64,000 nucleotides of DNA from an uncultured Acetatifactor sp. (GTDB lineage Bacteria > Bacillota > Clostridia > Lachnospirales > Lachnospiraceae). Location of the stretch: the NCBI GenBank assembly GCA_910585015.1, contig CAJUCT010000008.1, positions 29,106-93,105 on the forward strand. Direction: 5' to 3'. This document shows positions 18,770 to 30,277 of this stretch, in pieces. The position numbers and the translations under genes are program-made. Position 1 is the first letter of the stretch; every line of letters starts with the position of its first letter. The notes beneath the pieces were generated by a model, which saw only the letters and a program-made list of their open reading frames with translations, was not told the origin of the DNA and did not search any database.

Positions 18770-19942
18770 ATGAAAACATACTATAAGCGTGGAACAAAAC
18801 GGAGGATTGCCTTTTTAGTGGCGGCGGCGCTGATGCTTGTCAGTGTGCCGTTCCCTTCGTATGCCACCAGTTCCACCAGGCAGGAGATAGAGGAAAAAGA
18901 GCAGGAGAAGGATCAGCTGGAAGGCCAGATGGATGCCAACCAGCATGAACTGGACGGTTTGAAGGGGGAACAGAAATCTCTGAAACGGCAGTTGGCGGAG
19001 TTGAATGAGCAGTTGGCTGAGATCAGTGACCGTCTGGCGGTATTGGAACAGCAGATCAGAGATACGGAGCAGGAGATCGCGGATACTACGCAGGCGCTGG
19101 AGGATGCCAGGACCAAAGAGCAGTGGCAGTATGCCTGTATGGAGAAGAGGATACAATACGCCTACGAGATGGGCCAGGATAATTTGCTGGATATTTTCTT
19201 TAGCTGGGAAAGCTTTGCAAGATTTCTGAACCTCTCCATATATACGGAGCGCATTGCGGAAGCGGACGATGCCATGCTGGATCAGATTGTCGAGAACCGG
19301 GAGTTTATTGAATCCGAGGAAATCAGGCTGCAACAGGAGATGGAGGAACTGGACTATCTGAAAGTGCAGGCGGAAGTGGAAAAGAGCCGGGTATCCGGCC
19401 TGATCAGCCAGACCAGCAACCGCATGGCAGACTATGCGGATCAGATATCGGACGCGGAGACGGAGGCCAGGGAGTACGAGGCCAATATGAAAAAGCTGGA
19501 AGAGGATTTGGAAGCGCTCAAGCAGAAATTGCAGCAGGAGATTGCCATGTCCCAGCGGGCGGCCAATGCCACCTGGCGTAATATCTCGGACGTAACTTTT
19601 GCGGACGGGGATCTGTATCTGCTTGCCAATCTGATTTACTGCGAAGCGGGCGGGGAACCTTATGAGGGTAAATTGGCGGTGGGCGCTGTGGTGATCAATC
19701 GTATGCTCAGCAGTGTCTATCCAGACACGGTGCTGGGCGTGATCTATCAAAAAAAGCAATTCTCGCCGGTGGGCAGCGGCAGGCTGGCGTTGGCGCTGAC
19801 AGACAATAAGGCCAATGCTGACTGTTATAAAGCGGCGGAAGAAGCTATGTCCGGCATGAGCAATGTGGGGAATTGCGTGTATTTCCGCACCCCTATACCG
19901 GGATTGACCGGCATATCCATAGGCGGGCATATTTTCTATTGA
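18770..19942 (+). CDS. Cell wall hydrolase with coiled-coil N-terminus and SleB-type (Hydrolase_2) C-terminal domain
   Basis: Signal peptide and a long E/Q-rich coiled coil. C-terminus reads LLANLIYCEAGGEPYEGKLAVGAVVINR...QFSPV. Confidence 0.8.
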   Translation: MKTYYKRGTKRRIAFLVAAALMLVSVPFPSYATSSTRQEIEEKEQEKDQLEGQMDANQHELDGLKGEQKSLKRQLAELNEQLAEISDRLAVLEQQIRDTEQEIADTTQALEDARTKEQWQYACMEKRIQYAYEMGQDNLLDIFFSWESFARFLNLSIYTERIAEADDAMLDQIVENREFIESEEIRLQQEMEELDYLKVQAEVEKSRVSGLISQTSNRMADYADQISDAETEAREYEANMKKLEEDLEALKQKLQQEIAMSQRAANATWRNISDVTFADGDLYLLANLIYCEAGGEPYEGKLAVGAVVINRMLSSVYPDTVLGVIYQKKQFSPVGSGRLALALTDNKANADCYKAAEEAMSGMSNVGNCVYFRTPIPGLTGISIGGHIFY

Positions 19943-19952
19943 TCTGACGCAG

Positions 19953-19982
19953 GAACCTCGGACGTTACAGTCCGAGGTTTTC
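19953..19982. terminator. Convergent-gene terminator
   Basis: AACCTCGGAC-GTTACA-GTCCGAGGTT followed by TTCT. It overlaps the stop of the minus-strand gene. Confidence 0.65.
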
Positions 19983-20444
19983 TATAGGCGCCTGCAGCTG
20001 ATCGAACTTATCTTTGTAGATGTAGGTGAGCAGGTGATTTAACTGCCGCAGGGCAGCAGAAAGCTGTGCGGCGGTGAGCAGCCCCGTTTCAAAAGCCTGG
20101 GCCAGTTCGTCCAAATCCACCACTTTGGTGCGGCCGTCGGGGTAGACGATCACATCCGCCAGCAGATCCGTGGTGGTCAGGGTATGGGCGGATTCGTCCT
20201 GGGCATACTCTACAATGTCGCAATACCAATACAACAGAGAATTGTTTTGCGTGTAGAACTTGCTGATTTTGAACCCCTCTCTCAGGAAATAGCAGGAACA
20301 GCCGTGGCTGAAGGCAATCTTGGGATTCAGAGTTTTCCAGGAGGTGATAATCAGGTCCTTCGTCTGCTTTACGATGATATCATCCTTCAGCAGAATGCAT
20401 TCGGCGGGGATCAGGCGTCTGCGGTACAATTGTAATTCGCTCAT
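19965..20444 (-). CDS. DUF402 domain protein (nucleoside di/triphosphatase-like)
   Basis: 159 aa with a WYCDIV..TDLLADVIVYPDG pattern typical of DUF402. Confidence 0.65.
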   Translation of the reverse strand: MSELQLYRRRLIPAECILLKDDIIVKQTKDLIITSWKTLNPKIAFSHGCSCYFLREGFKISKFYTQNNSLLYWYCDIVEYAQDESAHTLTTTDLLADVIVYPDGRTKVVDLDELAQAFETGLLTAAQLSAALRQLNHLLTYIYKDKFDQLQAPIENLGL

Positions 20445-20658
20445 GGGGTCTCCTTATTGGTTGGGGGATATATCTGTCAGGCTCCGGGCTGCAGAACAAG
20501 ATGCTGATTGACAGATGGGGATCTATTGGCTGTTAAAATGATACTACAATGCCCCTGTGCAGAAGTCAACTTTATTTTTTGGAAAAATTTATAGAATTTT
20601 CAAGGGATATTGTTTGCTTTTGCTGGACTTTTTTTGAAAATTTATATATAATAATGGA

Positions 20659-20964
20659 ATGAGCAAAAAAGCGCCCTATGGCAGAAAAGACAAACAGGAT
20701 AAAAGCGTATACCGTGCATTGGTGCTGATCATGCAGTTTGGCATAAATATGCTGGTGCCCATCGGGATTATGTCCTGGCTGGGAATTCTGCTGGATCGCA
20801 GGTGTGACACCTCTTTTTTTATGGTGTTGTTCTTCTTTATCGGCGCTGTTGCAGGTTTTCAGAACATCTGGCGTATGGCCAAGTCGGTATATGACGATGA
20901 GCCTTATGAGAAGAACGCAGGTGGGCGGGAAAAGAAGAAGGATACAGGCAAAAACGATGATTAA
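20659..20964 (+). CDS. atpZ: AtpZ/AtpI-like small membrane protein of the F-ATPase operon
   Basis: 101 aa with two TM helices, directly preceding and overlapping atpI. Confidence 0.7.
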   Translation: MSKKAPYGRKDKQDKSVYRALVLIMQFGINMLVPIGIMSWLGILLDRRCDTSFFMVLFFFIGAVAGFQNIWRMAKSVYDDEPYEKNAGGREKKKDTGKNDD

Positions 20965-21418
20965 TAGGTTGAGAGAGATGAATCGGGCCTTGCTGGAACT
21001 GGATTTGGGAATCCTTTTCTGCGGTGCGGTGTGCCAGCTGGTGGGCATGTGGTTTGCCGGGCACAAGGGAATGTACGGCGCCGCCCTGTGGCTGGGAATC
21101 CTGCTGGCTCTGCTGGGAACCTGGCATATGTACAGGACTTTGGACAGAGCGTTGGATTTAGGGGATGGCGCCGCCAAGGTAATGGTGACGGCCGGTTTGC
21201 TGCGGTATGGGGTATTGTGTATTATTTTAGGGATTATCATGCTGACAGACGTACTGAATCCCCTGATTGTATTTTTAGGCTATATGATGATGAAAGTAGC
21301 GGCATATATTCAGCCGTTTACCCATAAATTATGCAATATGTTTTTCCACGAGACAGACCCGGTGCCCGAACCCATGCCGGACGAAGAGACGGTGACAGAG
21401 CCTGCGTCTTTGGAGTGA
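20957..21418 (+). CDS. atpI: ATP synthase subunit I
   Basis: Start ATG overlaps the atpZ stop (ATGATTAA). Polytopic small membrane protein located upstream of atpB. Confidence 0.65.
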   Translation: MINRLREMNRALLELDLGILFCGAVCQLVGMWFAGHKGMYGAALWLGILLALLGTWHMYRTLDRALDLGDGAAKVMVTAGLLRYGVLCIILGIIMLTDVLNPLIVFLGYMMMKVAAYIQPFTHKLCNMFFHETDPVPEPMPDEETVTEPASLE

Positions 21419-21484
21419 GAACAGGAATCCGGGCCCGTGAAGAAGCATATAGAACTCTATATAGAATAAGAGGGAGGTGAGAGT

Positions 21485-22219
21485 ATGCAAATTGGACCTT
21501 TGTTATCCTCAGCTGACAATATCGATTTTATGATCCATGGCCTGTTTAAATACAGTTTTTTTGGTCATGAGGTGTGGATAACAACATCGCATGTGTGCAT
21601 CCTGATCGTCATGCTGATCATTATCATCTTTGCCATTGCGGCCAACCGGGCCATGAAAAAGGCCACGGAAGTGCCGACGGGTTTCCAGAACGTGGTGGAA
21701 CTGATGGTAGAGAAACTGGACGGCATGGTGGATAGCCCCATGGGAAAAAATGCCCCCAGATTCTACAATTATATTGGGACGGTATTTATTTTCATCCTGC
21801 TGTCCAATATATCGGGTCTGCTGGGACTACGGCCGCCCACGGCGGACTATGGTGTGACGCTGCCGCTGGGTATCCTCACTTTTGTGCTGATTCATTTTAA
21901 TCAGTTTAAATATCAAAAGCTTAAGGATATCTGGGTGGATATGTGTTCGCCTCTGCCGCCATGGCTGCCTATCTGGTTACCGATCAACCTGATCAGTGAA
22001 ATCGCGGTGCCGGTGTCCCTGTCCCTGCGTCTGTTTGCCAACGTGCTGTCCGGCACGGTGATGATGGCGCTGGTATATGGACTGCTGGGATGGTTTGCCA
22101 CCATTTGGCCTGCGGCGTTGCATGTGTATTTTGATTTGTTCTCCGGAGCAATTCAGACCTATGTATTCTGCATGCTGACCATGACATATATTAATAATGC
22201 CATAGGCAGCGAAAACTAA
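21485..22219 (+). CDS. atpB: F0 ATP synthase subunit a
   Basis: 244 aa containing LSLRLFANVLSG with the essential Arg. Confidence 0.93.
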   Translation: MQIGPLLSSADNIDFMIHGLFKYSFFGHEVWITTSHVCILIVMLIIIIFAIAANRAMKKATEVPTGFQNVVELMVEKLDGMVDSPMGKNAPRFYNYIGTVFIFILLSNISGLLGLRPPTADYGVTLPLGILTFVLIHFNQFKYQKLKDIWVDMCSPLPPWLPIWLPINLISEIAVPVSLSLRLFANVLSGTVMMALVYGLLGWFATIWPAALHVYFDLFSGAIQTYVFCMLTMTYINNAIGSEN

Positions 22220-22252
22220 AAATGAATAAGGAATTGCAAAACCTAAATTTAG

Positions 22253-22519
<267 letters not shown>

Positions 22520-22588
22520 GCCTCCGGGACAAGTCAATCCACGCCGCAAACGGCGTACTACGGAACGAGTATATAAAGGAGGCAGAGA

Positions 22589-23118
22589 ATGATACTTTTA
22601 ACGGCCCAGGAGCCCATGGAGAGACTCTTTGATCTGGACTACCAGCTGCTGGCTGATTCCATGCTGATGATCATCGCTATCTTTGTACTGTTCCTGCTGC
22701 TGAGTTACTTTCTGTTCAATCCGGCCAGGAAGATGTTGCAGGATCGTAAAGACAAGATCAAAAACGAACTGGACGATGCGCAGAGCAATATGGAACATGC
22801 CGCCAGACTCAAGGAAGAGTATGAGGCGAAGATAAGGGATATCGACAAGGAAGCGGAAGAGATTCTCAGCGATGCCCGCAAACGCGCATTGGAGAATGAG
22901 AACGCGATCATTGCCAAGGCCAAGGAGGAAGCGTCCAGAATTATGGAGCGCACACGCACAGAGGCCCAGCTGGAGAAGCAGAAGATGGCTGACGAGGTGA
23001 AGCGGGAGATGATTGGCATCGCCGCGATGATGGCAGGCAAGGCTGTGGCAGCTTCCATGAATGCAGAGATCCAGGATAGCCTGGTGAATGAGACTCTGAA
23101 GGAAATAGGTGATCATAC

Positions 23119-23131
<13 letters not shown>
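22589..23131 (+). CDS. atpF: F0 ATP synthase subunit b
   Basis: One TM helix followed by a long charged helix. Position in the operon supports the call. Confidence 0.88.
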
Positions 23132-25204
<2,073 letters not shown>

Positions 25205-25213
25205 GTGTAGAAA

Positions 25214-25380
25214 TCAATGCAATATCCATAGTAAGGTAAATTTGGATCTGACGTTCCAATTACTGATTAACGCAGTATTGCAGGCTCCGCCTGCGATATG
25301 CATGTAGAAGTAAGTTCGGATGTTGCACATCCAAAAACGTATTAGGGCAATATCACAGGTATAGCCTGTGATATGCAGGA
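25214..25380 (-). repeat. Family 2 palindromic element, two units, in the atpA-atpG spacer
   Basis: The reverse complement reads CCTGCATATCACAGG...TTTTTGGATGTGCAACATCCGAACTTACTTCT...CCTGCAATACTGCGTTAATCAGTAATTGGAACGTCAGATCCAAA, colinear with 61738-61898. Confidence 0.8.
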
Positions 25381-25391
25381 AAGAGGTATAT

Positions 25392-26249
25392 ATGGCATCA
25401 ATGCGTGATATCAAGCGTCGCAAGGGGAGCATACAGAGTACCCAGCAGATCACCAAAGCCATGAAACTCGTTTCTACCGTAAAGCTGCAGCGGGCCAGAG
25501 CCAGTGCAGAGAACTCCAAGGCATATTTTAACTGCATGTACCAGACGGTAAACCGGATTCTGGCAAGGGTGGGTGGTCTGCAGCACAGATATTTGCAGTC
25601 TGTAGACGGCGGCAAAAAGGCCGTGGTTGTCATCTCCTCCAACAGAGGACTGGCGGGAGGTTACAATTCCAATATCGTGAAGCTGGTGACCCGTCATGAG
25701 GGTTGGAATAAAGAGAACGTGCTGGTCTATGCCGTGGGCCGCAAGGGCAAGGATGCTCTTGTCAGAGAGGGCTATGAGGTGCGGATGGATCTGTCCGATA
25801 TTGTAGAGGAGCCGGCTTATCCGGATGCAATGCTGCTGTGCAGCGAATTGCTGAAGGCGTATGCGAAGGGTGAGATCGGAGAGATCTATCTGGCCTACAC
25901 GGCTTTCAGGAACACCGTGAGCCATGTGCCGACTCTGTTAAAGCTTCTGCCTGTGGAGCATGTGGCGGAAAGCGGCGGAGAAGAGCCCGAAGTGCCCATG
26001 AATTTTGAGGCAGACGATGAAGAGGCTCTGGAGATGATCATCCCCAAGTATGTGGCCAGCCTGATCTACGGCGGACTGATGGAGGCCGTGGCCAGTGAGA
26101 ACGGCGCACGTATGCAGGCAATGGACAATGCGACCAGCAATGCGGAAGAAATGATAAGTGATTTGACGCTGAAATACAATAGAGCTCGTCAGGGCTCGAT
26201 CACACAGGAATTAACAGAGATTATAGCGGGAGCAGAGGCAATTTCATAG
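25392..26249 (+). CDS. atpG: F1 ATP synthase subunit gamma
   Basis: MASMRDIKRRKGSIQSTQQITKAMKLVS...ARQGSITQELTEIIAGAEA. Confidence 0.95.
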   Translation: MASMRDIKRRKGSIQSTQQITKAMKLVSTVKLQRARASAENSKAYFNCMYQTVNRILARVGGLQHRYLQSVDGGKKAVVVISSNRGLAGGYNSNIVKLVTRHEGWNKENVLVYAVGRKGKDALVREGYEVRMDLSDIVEEPAYPDAMLLCSELLKAYAKGEIGEIYLAYTAFRNTVSHVPTLLKLLPVEHVAESGGEEPEVPMNFEADDEEALEMIIPKYVASLIYGGLMEAVASENGARMQAMDNATSNAEEMISDLTLKYNRARQGSITQELTEIIAGAEAIS

Positions 26250-26265
26250 CTTTGTTCCCCTAGAA

Positions 26266-27788
<1,523 letters not shown>

Positions 27789-27805
27789 GGAAAGGCGGGT
27801 TTTCC

Positions 27806-28210
27806 ATGGCAGAAAATAATTGCTTGACTTTGAAGATCATAACGCCGAGCAGGGTATTTTACGAGGGCGAGGCGGAAATGGTGGAGCTGAACACATCCGA
27901 GGGAGAAATCGGTGTGCTGCCCGGCCATCTGCCCATGACAGTGATCGTTAAGCCGGGAGTACTTACCATCACAGAACCGGAGGGAGAAAAGGAAGCAGCT
28001 TTACATGCGGGCTTTGCAGAAATCTTGCCTGACAGAGTTACGATTCTGGCAGAGATTATCGAGTGGCCCAGCGAAATTGATGCCGCCAGGGCGGAAGCTG
28101 CGAAGGAGCGTGCCCAAGAGCGCATTCATGAACATGCCAGCGACACGGATATAGCCAGAGCGGAGACTGCTCTGCTGCGGGCAATGGCCCGTATCCAGGT
28201 AATAAAGTAA
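27806..28210 (+). CDS. atpC: F1 ATP synthase subunit epsilon
   Basis: 134 aa, last gene of the operon, with a GVLPGH motif. Confidence 0.92.
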   Translation: MAENNCLTLKIITPSRVFYEGEAEMVELNTSEGEIGVLPGHLPMTVIVKPGVLTITEPEGEKEAALHAGFAEILPDRVTILAEIIEWPSEIDAARAEAAKERAQERIHEHASDTDIARAETALLRAMARIQVIK

Positions 28211-28215
28211 ATCAT

Positions 28216-28285
28216 GCCCATAATCCCGGCGAAGCCCATAATCCCGGCGAAGCCCATAATCCCGGCGAAGCCCATAATCCCGGCG
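28216..28285. repeat. 18 bp tandem repeat, about 4 copies (GCCCATAATCCCGGCGAA)
   Basis: Read directly from the sequence, immediately after the atpC stop. Confidence 0.95.
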
Positions 28286-28368
28286 GTAGCGTCATCCGTG
28301 CCGTGAAAGCCTGTAACGCCGGATATGCCGGATGCATATGTTATATAAAAAGAAAAGGTATCATTGAC

Positions 28369-28782
28369 ATGGACTTTGAACGCAGAATTTTACCTTTTTA
28401 TATGACATATCCGGCGGCGGGCTTTGGGAATGCCTTCCCTAATGGCCAGCAGGATGCGGACGTGCTGCGTGATCTGGAATATTTCCGGCAGATGTATCCG
28501 GCTGAGATACGGCTTTACCAGACCAGGATCGCCGAGATTTTGGATAAGATGGATTATGAGGGCAGTGTGATTTACGATGAGTATCCTGACCGCTATACCT
28601 TGGAGCATCTTGCCGAGAATATAACCGATATTATCCGGCGGGAGGATAGACAGCAAGAGTCAATGAAGGAGATTCCGGGCGATGATGGGAAAAAGATGCC
28701 GCCATTGATTTTTGTGCTCTTGGTAAATGAAGTATATAAACGCCGTAGAGGCGGCAGAAGAGGATTTTTCAGCTTCAGCTGA
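28369..28782 (+). CDS. Hypothetical protein, 137 aa
   Basis: ORF with neighbour-like codon usage and a basic C-terminal tail KRRRGGRRGFF. No family recognised. Confidence 0.5.
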   Translation: MDFERRILPFYMTYPAAGFGNAFPNGQQDADVLRDLEYFRQMYPAEIRLYQTRIAEILDKMDYEGSVIYDEYPDRYTLEHLAENITDIIRREDRQQESMKEIPGDDGKKMPPLIFVLLVNEVYKRRRGGRRGFFSFS

Positions 28783-28833
28783 AGAGAATTTACAATAAGC
28801 AGAGCCACGGGAACCATGTGTTTTCGTGGCTCT

Positions 28834-29047
28834 GCGGAACTCTAAACGGTATGTGCCCGGGCGGGGCGGATGCGGAACTCTAACGGTATGTGCCCGGGCG
28901 GGGCGGATGCGGAACTCTAAACGGCATGTGCCCGGGCGGGGCGGATGCGGAACTCTAAACGGCATGTGCCCGGGCGGGGCGGATGCGGAACTCTAAACGG
29001 CATGTGCCCGGGCAGGGCGGATGCGGAACTTTAGTCGGAGGAAAAGG
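28834..29047 (+). repeat. 38 bp tandem array, 5 copies plus a partial sixth (GCGGAACTCTAAACGGCATGTGCCCGGGCGGGGCGGAT)
   Basis: Contiguous units at 28834, 28872 (37 bp), 28909, 28947 and 28985. The final partial unit GCGGAACTTTAGTCGGAGGAAAAGG runs into the methyltransferase ATG. A hairpin at 28801-28833 precedes the array. Confidence 0.95.
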
Positions 29048-30277
29048 ATGGACGAGCTTAGCGGGCTGCTGAGAGAAATTATGAATGAGAAACTGGTGCA
29101 GGCGATCCTGAGCAACAGCCGGGACAAGTCCTATGGGGACAAGCTGAAGATGCGCCCGGTGCTTTTGCAGGGAAAGCTGATGTTCCAGAGTACCCGCTAT
29201 GCGGGAAACCAGGTATTCCATGAAAACCATGATGCCCCAGGAGCATGTGGATTAATAGAAAAGCTGCTGCAGGGGCAGTTTCGTCAGTGCGAGATTATAA
29301 CTCAGGACAAAAGCGCCACTGTGTTGGTCAGCAAGAAGGGGAAAATGACGATTAAGGCCAGAGCGGCGGCCTGCAATGCCCCCAGGGAGCTTTCCCATAA
29401 CAGAGAAAAGCAGTATATCCTGAGGGAAGGCTGTCCGGTAGATTTCCTGGTAGGGCTGGGGGTCCAGACACCGGATGGCAGAATCACCAAGAACAAATAT
29501 GACAAATTCCGCCAGATTAACCGTTATCTGGAGTTTATCGAGGATATATTGGATCAGCTGCCCAGGGAGGGCACGATCCATGTGATCGACTTCGGCTGTG
29601 GAAAGTCTTATCTGACTTTCGCCATGTACTATTACCTTCGTGTGCTGCAGGGGAGGGATATCCACATCACAGGTCTGGATCTGAAGGCGGATGTAATCCG
29701 GCGTTGCAATGAGTTGGCCGCACAGTGTGGGTATAAGCAGCTGCGATTTCAGGTGGGGGATATCAGCGCCTATGAGGGGGAGCAAAAAGTAGATATGGTG
29801 GTATCTCTCCACGCCTGTGATACGGCTACAGACTACGCATTGGAAAAGGCTGTGGGCTGGGGGGCCAAGGTGATCCTGGCGGTGCCCTGCTGTCAGCACG
29901 AAGTCAACAGACAGATTCATTGCAAAGAGTTGGAGCCGTTACTGCGCTATGGAGTGATCAAGGAGCGCATGTCAGCTTTGATCACAGATGCAATCCGGGC
30001 AGGATTGCTGGAGCAGCAGGGGTACGATACGCAAATCCTGGAGTTTATAGATATGGAGCATACACCCAAAAATCTTCTTATCAGAGCGGTGAAGAGACCC
30101 AATGGAACAGGTACGGGACGGCAGCGTATGCTGAAAAAGCAGGAAACCCTTGGGGAATCAGGGAGGCAGGAGGGCAAAGGAAGCGCCTTGCGGGAAGAAT
30201 ACACTTTGCAGCACACTATGGAACTGTTGGGGGTGAATCCCACGTTGGCACGTCTGCTGGATAGGAATCAAGTATAA
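29048..30277 (+). CDS. Class I SAM-dependent methyltransferase
   Basis: VIDFGCGKSYLT motif I. Start set at MDELSG, after GGAGG. Confidence 0.75.
   Translation: MDELSGLLREIMNEKLVQAILSNSRDKSYGDKLKMRPVLLQGKLMFQSTRYAGNQVFHENHDAPGACGLIEKLLQGQFRQCEIITQDKSATVLVSKKGKMTIKARAAACNAPRELSHNREKQYILREGCPVDFLVGLGVQTPDGRITKNKYDKFRQINRYLEFIEDILDQLPREGTIHVIDFGCGKSYLTFAMYYYLRVLQGRDIHITGLDLKADVIRRCNELAAQCGYKQLRFQVGDISAYEGEQKVDMVVSLHACDTATDYALEKAVGWGAKVILAVPCCQHEVNRQIHCKELEPLLRYGVIKERMSALITDAIRAGLLEQQGYDTQILEFIDMEHTPKNLLIRAVKRPNGTGTGRQRMLKKQETLGESGRQEGKGSALREEYTLQHTMELLGVNPTLARLLDRNQV

Noticed and set aside
28834-29047. Regularly spaced 38 bp repeats that could be mistaken for a CRISPR array
   Set aside because: The units are strictly contiguous with no unique spacers between them, and no cas genes or leader are nearby. 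It is a simple tandem repeat.
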